From: Eledone cirrhosa
Taxonomy: Eukaryota
Assembly: GCA_964016885.1 (NCBI GenBank)
Contig: OZ024743.1
Coordinates: 18,538,001 to 18,602,000 of the forward strand
DNA: 64,000 nucleotides
Direction: 5' to 3'
Of the stretch, positions 38,944 to 53,779 are shown one piece after another; within the stretch, counting starts at the first letter, position 1, and each line of letters opens with the position of its first letter. The position numbers and the translations under genes were made by a program. The notes beneath the pieces are model-generated. The model searched no databases. It had not been told where the DNA came from and worked only from the letters and a program-made list of their open reading frames with translations.

Positions 38944-39322
38944 TCCTTTGTCAGTGTTGAACAAACGAGCAACGGTGGTTGCTAGACACTACGGCTTAAT
39001 ACGGGATGTTTGTTTACAAACATACCGAGCATTATAATAAATATTCGGTGAATCCATACGTGCATATATATACGTGTGCATGTATGTATATATATATATA
39101 CATACTACTGTACGTCGGTATACATATATGTATGTACGTGTACATACTTATATTTAAGTAACAGCCGTACTAAGAGTGGGAAATGAAATATCGTTTGATT
39201 TTTTCCGTTTATCGTTTTCGGTGGACCCGGCCGATTAACCGACTCGATATGCGAATTGGGCTACTCAGCCGTTAATATGCATAAGGTAAGTATATACGTT
39301 CAACAATCTGGCAGGAAGGTAT

Positions 39323-39365
39323 ACGTTGCTGACGATAGCTAACAAGCTTGAAACTAGTACAGCGT
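39323..39365 (+). ncRNA. Type I hammerhead ribozyme, family K (identical tandem copy)
   Basis: Identical motif 422 bp downstream. Confidence 0.88.
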
Positions 39366-39567
39366 TCCTTTGTCAGTGTTGAACAAACGAGCAACGGTGG
39401 TTGCTAGACACTACGGCTTAATATGGGATGTTTGTTTACAAACAAACCGAGAATTATAATAAATATTCGGTGAATCCATACGTGCATATATATATGTGTG
39501 CATGTATGTATATATATATTACATACTACTGTACGTCGGTATACATATATGTATGTACGTGTACATA

Positions 39568-39612
<45 letters not shown>

Positions 39613-39713
39613 GAAAAATATAGAAATTGTTGTAGCGAGAAGCTAACAGTATTCCATAACATATATGTGACTATAGCGTCAAAATGGGAAAATAGTTAAC
39701 ATAAGTTATGGGG

Positions 39714-39827
<114 letters not shown>

Positions 39828-40096
39828 CGTATAATAGTTTGTTTTGCAATATTTTTTATCTGAAAACGTGTGTTGGAACAGATATTGTTATACTTTGGGA
39901 AGGTCATGCTGCCAATAAAAACACACGCACGCCTCGGTTTTCAATTTCATTTATTATAAATATATATATAAATACATATATATATATATATAGGTGTGTG
40001 TGTGTTTGTGTGTGTGTGTGTATGTGCGTTGTGCGTGTATATGTGTTTGTGTGTGTTTGTGTGTATGCGTGCGTATATGTGTGTATGTATATATGC

Positions 40097-40135
<39 letters not shown>

Positions 40136-40138
<3 letters not shown>

Positions 40139-40192
40139 ATAATAAAATATATATTTTGATTATGAGAATATTTTTCATTTATTAACATTTTG

Positions 40193-40280
<88 letters not shown>

Positions 40281-40337
40281 CAAAATGTTAATAAATGAAA
40301 AATATTCTCATAATCAAAATATATATTTTATTATACA
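40136..40337. repeat. Perfect ~62-bp inverted arms around (TA)n, giving a ~200-bp palindrome
   Basis: TGTATAATAAAAT...TTGAATAA-(TA)n-TTATTCAA...ATTTTATTATACA. Confidence 0.9.
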
Positions 40338-40469
40338 TATTTCAAAGGGCCAATGCTTTTTAAGTACGTTTTCATTAGACAAAGTATAAGATTTGATATG
40401 TGACATACCGCTACGGTTTTTATTTTTCAATTCCTGTATTGGCAGCGATTTATTTCACCAAATCTCAAC

Positions 40470-40528
<59 letters not shown>

Positions 40529-42265
40529 TCTTTATAAGAACACTTACTCAAAACTACTACAAACATACTATGTACTTACATGCTCTCACTTATCCTTATT
40601 TATTCCATTATATTTTCCATTTTTTAATGTACCCTAACTTATCTTTTACTTTTTGCATTTTACATCTGTAACTTCTCTGCCTATTTACCATATATGTTTT
40701 ATTATTGATGTTATTCTTTTGATTATACGCTATTTTTCTATATAATTCTTGCCTCGAATTATTTAAAGTACTGACAATTGTTTCTACGTACTTTGATGCG
40801 TAGACCTGAGGTAAATAATGCATTGAAGATCGATTGACGCAACTTCAAACGATTAGCGAAATCTAGATTCATCTGATCAATGAAACATTTGCCAGTACTT
40901 TAAATAAAGCCCCTTATTGTACATCCAGCCTTGTTACTCTTCATTCTTTCACTATATATATATATATATATATATATAATAAATGTATTCTGAGTTTTTC
41001 GATGCGTTTGTAATTATGCAAACAAGCCTCAATTGTATAGCCATGTCAGTAGAATGAACACTTCATTCTTGCTCATGCTAGCATGCGAAGAGAACTGCTG
41101 ACACTAATGTTTCTGGGTATCACCCTTCATCAGTACAGCTCACTGTTTACCTGCCAAACTCTCAGAGATAGTGAAAATATATGCTATTTTCAAAAATACA
41201 CAGTGACTGATCGGCCTGATTTGCATATTAGCAGACTAGCTGATCAGTCAGATCTGCATATTAGCAGATCCACTGATCAGCCTGACCTGGCTATAAAATT
41301 GAGGCTTGTTTGCATACTTGCAAACGAATCGACACTCCACTTTCTAGGCTCTTACACTCATAGCTTCGCCAGCTAATCTCATATTCCTGGTTGATGTCCT
41401 TAAGCTTCCAGATTTTAATGTACTAGTTTCACACCGCTCCACTGTTATTAGCTCTCAACCGACCAACCGTTCATTAAATCAACATCATGAATCTCCCAAC
41501 ACTCCTGTCACACTCTCTCTCTATAGCCGCATCACCTCCATTAAGATAAATCAATCAGTCTACCCGACCTTAATCACCCGTATATCATCACTGCCCCTAT
41601 CACTTTTTATTCTCTATCTATCTATCTTCTCCTTCCCCGTTCTTAGTCCTACCCTTTATGTCTCATCATTGGATCCTTATGCTCACTCTCTGTCTCTCCT
41701 GTTCCTTATCTCTTTCTCTAATACTTTTTATTTATATTTATTTTGTTTTTGTCTTTTGGTTTTAATTCTCTGATATTTTATTGTACCCCTCGCATTATAT
41801 ATTCCGCCAATTTATAATCTCTATATACTACATATCATGTATTTCGTTTTCTTTTCATGTTATTGTTATCTTTACTGTCATCACTATTTTACACATCCAC
41901 TTAGTCACCATTATAACTTCAACTACCACCACCACTACTACTATTATCAGCAACCGTATTTTGTACTTATTCTTTACTTATTTTTTACATCTTTATCATT
42001 TTTATTTTTACTTCTTTATTATTATCTTTTATTATTGATGTTTTTGTTTCCATTCACTTGATTTTCTGATGTATCTAGAAATACCAATGCCATGTGTTAC
42101 ACCCTCCTGTATTCATATGATTTTATCAGAGACACACACTGTATTTAAGGTCGAGTGATGCAACTTCGAGTGATTAGCGGCCTTTAGACTCACCTGATCA
42201 ATGAACCAATTGTTAATACTTTCTATAAAACCCTTTTACAGCCGACCATGTTATTCTTCACTCTT

Positions 42266-42372
<107 letters not shown>

Positions 42373-43397
42373 TTTGGCCAAAAGATCACTAGACGATTTT
42401 TAACATATAATGACGTTTTAAAATTAATATTTAATAAATAGAAGGATTATTATAATTTGAAATTATCCAGTCTTTTGGGCTACTCTGTACATTGGTCATG
42501 GAATGCAATTGAAACTATAAACTTTTTCTACGATTTCTAACGGCCCACTCTATCCAATAGACAGTGACTACAATAAATCTGATCGCACAAACCTAACATA
42601 TGTTACAACAGAATAAATCTAACGTGGCCGTAAATCATTGGCGATAATAAATAAATTGTTCTATAGTATTTCTAATACTTGGTGAGGCACAACATGTTCC
42701 ACTTCACTCGGATTTCATTGTTTCATTATTATGGTGTAGGTAAGATATTACTTTCTGTTTTAAAGTGTTTTATATTACGTTTCCAAATAGTTAAAGTTAC
42801 GTTGTTTAGGATTGTATACATGTACAGAATATTCATTCACAATGCTCCAACTGATATATTCAATTCAATAATGAATAATTAGTTATGCAAATAAATTTAC
42901 ATTTAATACTGCATTGATCAAAAAGGACACGATGTTGTTCTATATTAAATTCGTTTAGAATTCAAATTGCTCCCAATTGTTAAAAAGAATGATGTGTATG
43001 CAGCGAATTTTGAAATGAAATTATTTAAAATAAAGTAAGAAATAAAAGCAATACCAACAATGTGAGTGTAGTTAGCAAAAATATAAATATGAAATAAAGA
43101 ATTTCTGAAGGGTGTTAAAAATAGTAGCAAATATGATGTATTGATAATAAAATAATTCATTTATAAAGGAAGCCTAAAAGAGCAATATTGCAATTTAATT
43201 GGGGGAGTAATACAAACTTGTGACAATATATTAAATAGTCTAAGTAGCGATACATGCAGTCGTGTCTACGTGAAGTGGGGCATTGTACATTTTATGATAT
43301 GAAGGAATGTGTCATGGTGAAATGAATTCTCTTCGAAATAAATTTAAATATGAAAATAAATATATTACATCTATGCATATACTCAACAATTACGGTA

Positions 43398-45919
43398 CTT
43401 ACTTGTACTTGTGTCGACAATAACCCTAGACGGGTTGAGCTGGCTTCTTCCCTTATCCTGGCGACATCCCAAACCATGGCAGCCCACGCACGACGGTCCC
43501 GGGCTAGGTCACTGGAGATAACGAGCCAGTCACCGTTCTATCAGCGCAGACGACCAGCTTCACACCTGAGAGTTCGGAGAGGTCCTCCTTGATAGTCGTT
43601 TCCCAGGTCTTCAGCTGCCCGCCAACCCCCTTGCGCTAGTTAGAGAGTGGAGGTGGGAGGAGGACATCGCGGATCAGCTCACCCTCAGGGCGCCGGGCTG
43701 CGTGGCCAAACCATTTCAAGCGCCGTTGAGAAGCACTGAATGAAGGGGTCGAAGATTCAGGCAAAGACGAAGACTGGTGGTAGGTACCCGATCAACGCGT
43801 CGAAAGCGAAGAATACGGCGGAGACAGTCATTGTCGAAGACCTCCAGCCCCCGTTGATCGACTACCCTCATAGGCCATTTTTCACAGCCATAGAGGAGGA
43901 TAGTACGAACGACGGCCTGGTAGATTCGCACTTTGGTCGCCGAGGTGACCTCTTTTCTGTCCCACAGACACAGCTGGAGGCGCACAAAAGCGGATCTGCG
44001 CAATCTATGCGACGCTTGACCTCGGCTGCGCCCTTTCGCGTTAACCACTGTTGAGCCCAGATACTCGAAGGACTCCACATCCTCCAGGTCCACGCCCTCG
44101 AGAGATATTTGCTTCGAGGCATCAGGCGAGACCAGTGACGTCATGACTTTCGAATTGTCGGCATAGATTCGTAGACCAACAGCGGCGGCTGCAGTGTGCA
44201 CCCTTTCGATGGCACCTTGTACATCTGTCCCGTTAGCGCCCATCAGCACGATGTCATCCGCGTAGGCCAGGTCCGTCACTACGACCCCTCTCCCAACCTG
44301 TACGCCCGGGTAATCCCATAGCGCTGTGTTGAGAGTGTAGTCAATGGCGTAGTAAAAGAGAGTTGGCGATAGCGTACACGGCTGCCGAACGCCGGTCCCA
44401 AAATCGAACGACTCCGTCTCACCACCATAGACCCTCACTCGAGCCCGAGTCTACCGGTAGTAGCCTTGTATGAGACGAAGCAGCTTCACTGGGATGCCGT
44501 CCTCCTGCATTATACGTCATAGAGCTTCTCGATCTACCGAGTCGAAGGCAGCTGCAAAGTCGATGAAGCAGAAGGCGATAGGCTGTTCATGTGCCCACCG
44601 TTGTTCCAGGACACGCTGGAGATGGAAGATTTGATCAACGCACACCCTCGCCCACACCGAGGAGAAGACTCGATGGAGCCAAGCTACGAAGACATCAAGC
44701 TCGGCCTTGTAGACCTCAGCTGGAACGCCATCTTCGCCCGGCGCCTTGTTGTTCCAGAGATGTGTCAGGACACTACGTACGTCCTCGACCGTTGGAGGGG
44801 CAGTGCTGCACCCGTATTCTTCTCCGGATCACAACGTAGGTTGGCGTGGGAGGTGGCGGGTGGTTGAGCAGCTCGGAGAAATAGTCCTGCTATCGGACTA
44901 GCCTGTCATTAAAATTGGTAATGACAGTCTCATTCCGATCACGGATCGTTTCGCTGATACACATAGTGCTTCGGCTAGCCCGCTTCACCAGTTGGTAGAG
45001 CTTGTGCGAGTCACCACAGGCTGCTGCCCTCTCCGTTTGCTCCGCAAAATCGCGCCAGTGTGCATTCAGATCGGCCCAAATAGCCGGAGATGTGCGACGT
45101 CGTAGATCGCGAAGATTGGGTGCACCCTCGAGTCGAGCCACTCTCGCCCTCTCCGCGAGTTCAAGAGTGCCGCCGGAGATCCATTCCCGATGGTGTCTTT
45201 GTGTCGGCCGGAGATGCTCTCTGGCCACCTCAACCATCGCCGCCCAGAGCGGGTTCCACTTCTACTCCGGTTGCTGTTCCACTTCGTTACTCAGCATTTG
45301 GAATCGGTTTCGCAGCTCTATCCGGAAAGCATTTCCAGCATCGAGCTTGTGTCGCGCGGTGTCGATCATTTTCTGGCGGTTGGGAGGAGGCTTTGCCCGC
45401 AGCCGCAGACAAAGGGTTGCTCGAACAAGAGTATCGTCTGACCCATGCTCACTGCCCGTATCAGCATCTTGATACGCACGCGAGTCCATCACTGAGCTGG
45501 CCCACAAAGATCTGATCAGGATGTAGTCAATCTGATTGGCCGCCATTCCGTTATTGGTTCGCCACGTGACGAAGTGATGCCGCGGATGTTAGAACCGGGT
45601 GTTGGTGACGCTAAGACGATTGGCATCCGCGAATGTCACGAGCCGTTCACCATTGTCACAGCGTACGCCTAGGGCAAAGTATCCTAGAATATGCCGTGTA
45701 TCGTCGACGGCCCCGCTCGCGCATTCCAGTCCCCAGCGACAATGAGAACATCACTGGAGGGGACGCCATCAACTGTTGTTTGGAGATCGGCATAGAACTG
45801 CATCTTGTCCGCCTCGTTCGCATTGAGTGTGGGAGCGTAGACGGCAATCACGCTGACGTTGGAGATTTCACCCTTCAATCTAACCACCGCCAGTCAGTGT
45901 GAGATCGGCTACAGCGACC
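43398..45919 (-). mobile_element. 5'-truncated, internally deleted RTE-clade LINE with 14-bp TSD
   Basis: APE (VYAPT, AGDWNA, NQIDYIL), RT (GVRQPCTLSP, LAYADD, LLYGCEKW), (CAAGTA)n-like tail; TSD CAACAATTACGGTA at 43384-43397 and 45920-45933. Confidence 0.92.
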
Positions 45920-48900
45920 CAACAATTACGGTATTAACGAATGAAAAATGATTGATAAAGTCGAAGTATGATTTGATAGCAAAGAGGAATTGATTCATAT
46001 GAGAACATAGAGTCTCTGGGTTAAACAATAAATATCGAGACACATACACGAATGAAAAAAACTTCACATGCAATCCACATCAGATTACTGAAGGCGCGTG
46101 GATGGATGAGATTAGTAATAAAGATGCCTTGGGAGTGCTGGACAAGTGTATCGCACATTAACATTTCACACTCTAAATTGTTTAGTGCACATAGCTTCCT
46201 TTCTGCTAAATCATTTTAACTTCTCGTACACCAGAGACTTTTTGTGCATATGACAATGCAGAGGCTTTCTAAATCCTCCGCAATATCCAACCGAAGCACT
46301 TCTATGATACTTCACATATCAAATCTGTATTTAAATGGCAATAATTATTATGACATATTCTGTGTTACTTGCCTCAACCTGACGAATTTAATACGTTAAA
46401 ATCCAACTGTATTACAATTAAAAAGTATGGAGGTAACTTTAATTACTCGTTGGCCACATCTTGCTAGAGTTCCTCTTCGAAGACTCTACCATATGCAATA
46501 CTGTACTTCCCGATATTGAAAGTTGGTGGGTGACTTTTCTATATACATTCTGTACCGATGTTTTGACTCGGAAATTAGCTTTCCGCTGCCTGCTACGAAA
46601 ACTGGCATAATTTTCAATTTTGAAGTCGTGAACACCTATTTCAGTTTCAAATGTCATAGTGAGTTCAATCAAAACCAGACAATGTAGATAGTACAAAGAG
46701 AAAATAATAACATTGTTCGTTGGAATATCAGATATGAGTTTACGTATTTGAATAAGAGAAAATATTAACAATGTTATAATTAATAAACATTTCGCAAGAA
46801 AAATAGACACGCACGCAGAGGAAAGGAACAGCAGGACATTCTATATTCTAAAAATGATATCAAATTGATTTAAATTATCTAACACCTGTTTGAGATTAAT
46901 TATATATTTTAAAACGAATAGATATTAAACGAATTATAATAATGTACATTCTTTCAATGACATTTTAAGGATTATTCGTGTGGGTCCACAGTTTGCCTTG
47001 CATTTATAAATTAAGTTTCCTTTTTTTGGTAATTAGTTTATATCTGAACATTAAAGCGCATCATACCTTAGATGCTGCAAAACGATAGTTGTTTTATAGA
47101 TATGTACCAATTCTTATTTCACGATTGCTTGCTGATCATGGAAAACTCTAGTAACACACACCCATGACGAAGCAAATGCGAAACTCGAGTGTATATTTCT
47201 TCAAAATACGACAGACTTGCATTGCTGATTTTCTTCAACTATTAATAAATTTTCTTAATTAATTTTTCACATATTAGTTGAGATGACACCAGACATTACT
47301 ATATGCTATGAAATATTTCTTTTTCACAATTTCTTTTTTATATTATCTCCGATGGCAGACAGAATTTCGAATGTCAGGTCGGTTACTTTGAAGTCCTTCA
47401 ATAACATCATCAAAACATTGATGTCTGAGATAATAATCATTCTTATTGGTTAACATTGTTGAACTAATTACTTAAACTTCTACAAGTAAACAATAAAAAT
47501 ACATTTTAACTATAAAGCATGTGACATTAGTTTCATTGCAGAAATTTATTATAAATTATTTTTTTGCTTTATATTTTATTTTTGTGAGTTTGTGTGTGTG
47601 CAGTATCGTTTCATCTTGCTAGAAATCATTGATTTTAGAGGAGAACAGGGCAATTGCTTCGTGTTGTAATTTCCTTAGATCATCATTTCAACATCAAAGG
47701 TTTCTAAACCGACAATCTAAATTTAAACATAGACAAGAAAAGAAAAGAACCTACAAAAGTTTTCTGGTTGATATAGCTGTGTTAGCGAAGAACATATTAG
47801 GAGCTTTGTCTCAATAATTATGAATGACATAACATGACATCGATTATGAAGAAAGCAGATGAATAGTAAATTACTGTAATAGTTGCTTCAATAAAATATA
47901 TAATGTTGCGAAATGAATATTTTAGACTTAAATGTTCCGATTTCACAGGTTATTCAATATATCAAAACATAAAATCATAACCAGGAAACAAAACAAATAT
48001 AACTATATTATATAGATAATGTAAGTCATTTAATATATATAATTGTATATGATATATACTATTAATGACGTCAAAGATTTTATCTTGCTTAAACATTGAT
48101 TAATCTCTGATTTCAATTTACATATTGCATGTATGCCTATTAAGTCATATCCACTATAAAGTATTTCATGTTGCACTCATCGACGTTAATATAACGAATT
48201 TCAGATTTGACGAGCTAGAAAAACAGCTAAAATGAATTATCATGTATTTCTTTCTCCCGGGGGAAGAAAGTCAGTGGATTGACAACTAGTGCTTGAAGTG
48301 TTCTGATCCCGAAAGGTCGGGGATTCGCTTCATGGACCGAATAGTATGTTTTGACTTTACCCAGAAGGCTTTATTAAACGTTGCTCTTTCTGCCAGCAGA
48401 TGCAACCTATAGATAGAATCATCAAAGAAAGGACCAACATATACATTGACACCCTCGTCCGATCTAATTTCTTCACTCTTTTCTTCTTTTTATTTATTAT
48501 CACTTGGTCTATTATACGACTGTCCCTGAAAATCATGTTGCAATGTTCCGCGTGACCTCATCGTTCTTGGTTATTACTCCCCATATGTACCTATATATAT
48601 ATATACAGTGTTACCCAGGGCGATATTAACTGCCTGTGCTTAGGCTACAGCAGTATACATGTATATACAAATTTTCCGCTAAACGTAGTTACTAATGGGT
48701 ATTAGTACATCCATGTAATGTATAAATCAGCTACGAAGCCAATGCATTTATTTATATTTCTAAGTACCTCTTTCTTGTTAGGATAAGATCAGATGCATTC
48801 TTTTATCAGTATATATGCACCAAAAGCTTAACATTAGAAAACCAGTAAGATTAGTAATTTATGTCCAGGTGAATCAGTATTTCTTATGTAGAAGTTTCTC

Positions 48901-50640
48901 CCATCAACTGTGAGCTTCAAATTGCATTAGCAATGGGAATTCAATAGAAGTATAGATCAAACCATCACTCCTTCCTATTTCTCTATGAAATATATATGAA
49001 AGTCAAACATTGATAAACGTTAATGATAGAATATAATTTTGTATGTGAATATATATTTATATATATATGTGTGTATGATGCTCCGTACTCTATCTTATAC
49101 CAATCGACCCCTTGTTTCATTCTAACAATTAATGTCTCCTTTATTTATTATATATATATATATAGTAATAAGCATATTTATATATGTTTAATACAACTAT
49201 AGATATGCAGGCTAGTTCCAGGTACTAGCCGGTTACCGGTATCACAAAAGGCTCAATGCAAATGTTCAAGTGTTTTACAGAGCCGAGATACTAAGTGTTA
49301 AAACGATCAGATATTAGTTTAGAACATTTATTTGCTGAGGGCAGAGGGCAGTCTGGATTCATCGGACCATAGGGAATGTCAAAACATGTGACTAAAATCC
49401 TAGTCATTCAGAACATTTAGGATACATAGTTGTTGTTAGTGTCATAGTCATCATGTGTAGAGTCAGGAGTTAAAATATGTTATCCTTGAGAGGACACAAT
49501 TAAAGGCAGCAGTGGTTGAAATTGTAAGAGGTATAAGCAAAAAGTACAGACTAAAAAGTTATAAGCAAGGAACAATGTAGGATAGGATAGACATAAGATA
49601 TAAGATATAAGATATCTTAACATTGGAGTACAGGTAATGTTATGAGTGAACAATACAGGAGTAAATACAATCAATAAGGCATGTATGAGGAAAGAGTTAC
49701 AATGCAGTCGAAATAAACGTATTTTGTGAGGGGTGTTAAAGCATGTTATAATTGTTGTAAATGTTTAAGATAGTGTGCATTTGTTAGACAGGCATCAGGT
49801 CATAATGTAGGTATATGTTATGTGAGGTCTAATGCAAAGCACGTGATAGAATTGAATAGGTGATTTTCGTCCAAGTGTTTTTGTGTTGGAGTTCGTATGT
49901 ATGTATATGTTGGTTGTAACACGCATCTATTAACCATGGAATTATTTTGAGCCGTTTATAGTTAATAGGTGTGTGTTTCTTAAATGTAAATTCCACCGAA
50001 TTACAGACCATATTGTTATAGTAGGTGTATTAAATAATGCATTTTTATCTACAAATTATCTTTTATAGGGTTTTGTATTAACCGCTATTAGGTTGTTGGT
50101 AAACCGTTGCGTTGCTTAAATTTATGAATTTACACAGGAAGTTGTAAAAGGGGTTAATAGCAAAGGGAGGTAATTCAGGTTGCTGACAAATTGAGCGTTG
50201 TTTTATTGTTGTAGTAGTGTTATAAATTATATAAAATATTATATAAAGTAATAATATTTTATATCCTCCTATTTTAGTAAAATGCTTCTATACAATAAAT
50301 CCTGTGATAATTAGTATCGGATAAACAATAACTTCTTAAACGCATGGCTTTCTCTGATTTGGGCCTATATGGTATCGAGTCGGAAGGAGACATTCTGGAA
50401 AACAACCGATTCAAATATACATGTATACAAAATACCTCATTCAATCTGACTCAGTATCTGTGTATCTTTCTACACTCATTCTCTCTCTCACACACACTCT
50501 CTCTCTCTGTAAGTATATATATATATATATATGTATATCATTTTCTTACTGGTAATTCGATAATACACAATATTACCCTTACCTTATTATATATAGATTA
50601 TATGATATATATATATAAGTATAAACATTATTGTTATTAT

Positions 50641-53558
50641 TACAGTTGCATTTATCTTGCTTTATGTATATCCGAGATATCACCAAGTCACAACGAGTGG
50701 CCTCAAGAGACAAGATGCGCCATGTTCAAGAGAGAACATACATTACACACATATGCATCTGTAGGTGTTTAGACATGTGATGTACTTATATTGACAGAAT
50801 GTTCCTTAGTATATGGGCTGTTACCATTAGTACTATCTTTTGTATTTCTCCTATGCGCGTGTTTCATGTGATTTGCGATAAGTAATCATTAGACCCCTTA
50901 GGTATCATTCCTAGAGCGCCTACAAACACTGGTATTGTTTTAGTTCTCAACTTGCACATTGTTCCAGTTTCTATCTCCAGGTCTTTATACTTGGTCAATT
51001 TTTCAAATATTGTTATAGATACACTCTTGTCTATTGGAACGTACATATCAATTATCAGACATACCCTCTTTTTAAAGGCCTTCAGTATTATATCAGGTCT
51101 ATTTCCATCTATTTTTCGGTCTGTGTGGATGCTAAACTTCCACAAGATTTAGATGTGATCTTTTTCTGTAACAGTTCTTTCTTTGCAGTTACTTTTACGC
51201 GCATTACGTTTTCAGTGTTTTTCATTTCAGCAGTAAATGGAACTTCTGAAATGTGTAATTCATTACTGTATAGTTGTGCATCTTTTGTAATGGAATATGA
51301 TCTTTTGATGCTTTCATATTTCAAAACGAGTTTGATCATCCAATCATGTGATTCCTTTATATATGTAGATAAACCAATTGATGCAGTTTTCAAAGCAATA
51401 TCTAACTAGATTAATCCACGTCCTCTTTTTTTGCTATGGAGATATATTCTATCTGTATCTGCTTAGGGTGATGCATTCTGTGCATGGTGAAGAATTGTCT
51501 AATGTTTGTATCGAGCCTATATCTCTGTGCTTGACCAGTTGATGACATTGAAACTGTAGGTTACTACTGGTATGGCAAGCGTGTTTATGGCGTCGATACT
51601 ATTCCTTGCATTCAATTCCGTCCTTAAGATTCCTCTTACTCTGCGGTAACATTCCTTCTTTATCCTTTCCCTCATTTTCGAGTACTTGATTCCGTTTCCA
51701 TCACAAACACCTAGATATCTGTAGGTTTCCTATGGATCAAGTTCTCTTATCACATTCCCCCGATCAAGATTAATGTCTGAACTTCTCAGCAGCATTCCAC
51801 TGGTGAACGTGGCTTTGGTGCATTTGTCTAGTCCAAACTCCATTTTTAATATCATCACTGAACTGCTTCACAGTGGATAATAGCCCTTGCCATTGCTCAT
51901 CATTTTTGACAAATAGTTTCAGGTCATCCATGTAGAACAAGTGATTAATGGTTTTGTCATAGACTTTATATCCATTGTTTCAGTGAGCATTTTACTTAAT
52001 GGTATAAGTACGATGCAGAATAAAAGCAGTGATAAGGAGTCACCCTGAACAATTCCACGATTAATATTAACTTCTCCAGCTTCCACTGATTTTCTTTCAC
52101 TATTCATGTCTTCATAATGAATGACTGGAGATATTCTGAAAATATCTAAATACTTTTCAATCCAATTGTCTGGCAAAATATCGAATGCTTTTTTGTAATC
52201 TATCCAAGCAATTGATAGATATGTTGTGTCTATTATGACAATCTTCCAGTATCATTTAGTTAACCAAATGTGGATACTTACAGTCATATGAGCCTCGTTT
52301 ACACCCTTTCTGCTCATTTGGAAATAGATCATTTGTTATCAGGTGATCATATGTATATTCAGTTAGGACTGATGTTAAAATTTTATAGATTGTGGTCAAG
52401 CAAGTTATAGGTCTGTAATTTTGGGGATTGTTTGTCTCATCATTCTTGGGAAGTAGGAATGTAATGCCGTTAACTAGCCATGATGGCATCTTTTCTGGCT
52501 CCTAACCATTTCATTGTAAAGTTGGGCTAACAGCTCATGAGACACTGTGAAAGCATTTATCCAAAAAATGTGTATGTTGCATTTCCCTGGGAATTTCCAT
52601 TTGCTGGATTTTCTAAGAGCTAAACGCAGATGGTCAACTGTTATATTTTCCTGTTTGTTCCTCAAGGTGAGCTGTATCTTTCATTTGTCGGTTTCTCCAT
52701 GGGGCATGTATATTAAGAACCTTTTCTTCGGCCCAGATCTTTCCCCAGAATTCTTGCACTTCCTTCTTGGGTGGTATTGATTTAGCAGTTATTGTTGACT
52801 TACCAATTTTCCTGTAGAAGTTTCTTTGGTTGTTTTTGAACATATTGTCATTATAGAATCTAGATCGTTTTTTAAAGCGCCTTATACGAGCAGCTTTGGC
52901 CGACACGTTTTGCTTGATTGTTTCTATCAGCATATCTATGTCACTTATTGATTTCATGCTATATTTCCTTTACAATTTTCTAAGGTTAGTTTGTTTAACA
53001 TATTCACCTATTTTGTAGTTTGCTAAAATTTGTATGTCAGATCGGAGAAGGTTTTTCTGTGGGGATTCCTTTGCTTGTTTGTTTTTTTTTTCATTTTCAC
53101 TCAACATAATTGAGTGGTGACTTTAGCCGATGCATAATAGAGATGATTTAGATCAGTAATGTTTAGTTTATTTGTGATGATAATGTTTTTGAGTGTTATG
53201 TTAGTCTTGTGGATTATGCTTTGGTTTTGTTTGGAGTTCTGGATCTTAGGGAGAGTGTCTCGTTCGACCATGTCAGATTCTTTCATTTTCATCTATTCGA
53301 TCATAATTTCATTCTTCAATTCGACGAGTTCATTCTCATTCATTTCTTTATCATTGAGGATCTCATTGTTTTAATTATAAAATTCATCTTGAGCATGCAC
53401 TCCTTCCTCTTTTTCGATCATTTCTTTAATTTGTTCTGCTGTCAGTGAATCCGCCCCAACCCTGGGATTTGAAGTGTTACAATTTACCTCGTTTTCACTG
53501 TCACATGTTTCATTTTCTCTTCGCTGACTTTGCGCTAATTCTATATAAGTTTGTAACT
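50641..53558 (-). mobile_element. Degenerate R4/Dong-clade non-LTR element (family D1)
   Basis: NYRPITCL, EQKGCK, QGDSLS, FYMDD, RPDI..D..K..KY, PVFVGALG; 3' end abuts (TAA)n; internal deletion at ~51150. Confidence 0.88.
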
Positions 53559-53579
53559 ATTTTATTATTGTTATTATTG

Positions 53580-53687
53580 TTCTTTGAGTCTCAGTCATTG
53601 ATGTTAGTTAACTGGAAAGATTGTTGAAATGAATATCAAGCCACTACCTGCAGTCTCAGATATTCAGGACGTATCAGAGGGTTCTTG
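53580..53687 (-). mobile_element. Short 3' fragment of Dong family D2
   Basis: Matches 61580-61687; preceded by (TTA/TTG)n on plus. Confidence 0.85.
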
Positions 53688-53779
53688 TAAATATTACTAC
53701 GTTTGTCAACACTAAACATATAAGCAGTAGCAATATTTTTAGTTTGTCTCAGCCAGACATTTATTTCTCGCCATTACCA

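Larger units (their letters stand above)
38853..39570 (+). mobile_element. Non-coding HHR-bearing element, family K: 422-bp monomer, ~1.7 tandem units, in (TA)n
   Basis: 38853-39152 is repeated at 39275-39570. Confidence 0.88.

Noticed and set aside
46439-46810. 123-aa ORF on minus
   Set aside because: No recognisable domain, AT-rich composition, non-ATG start
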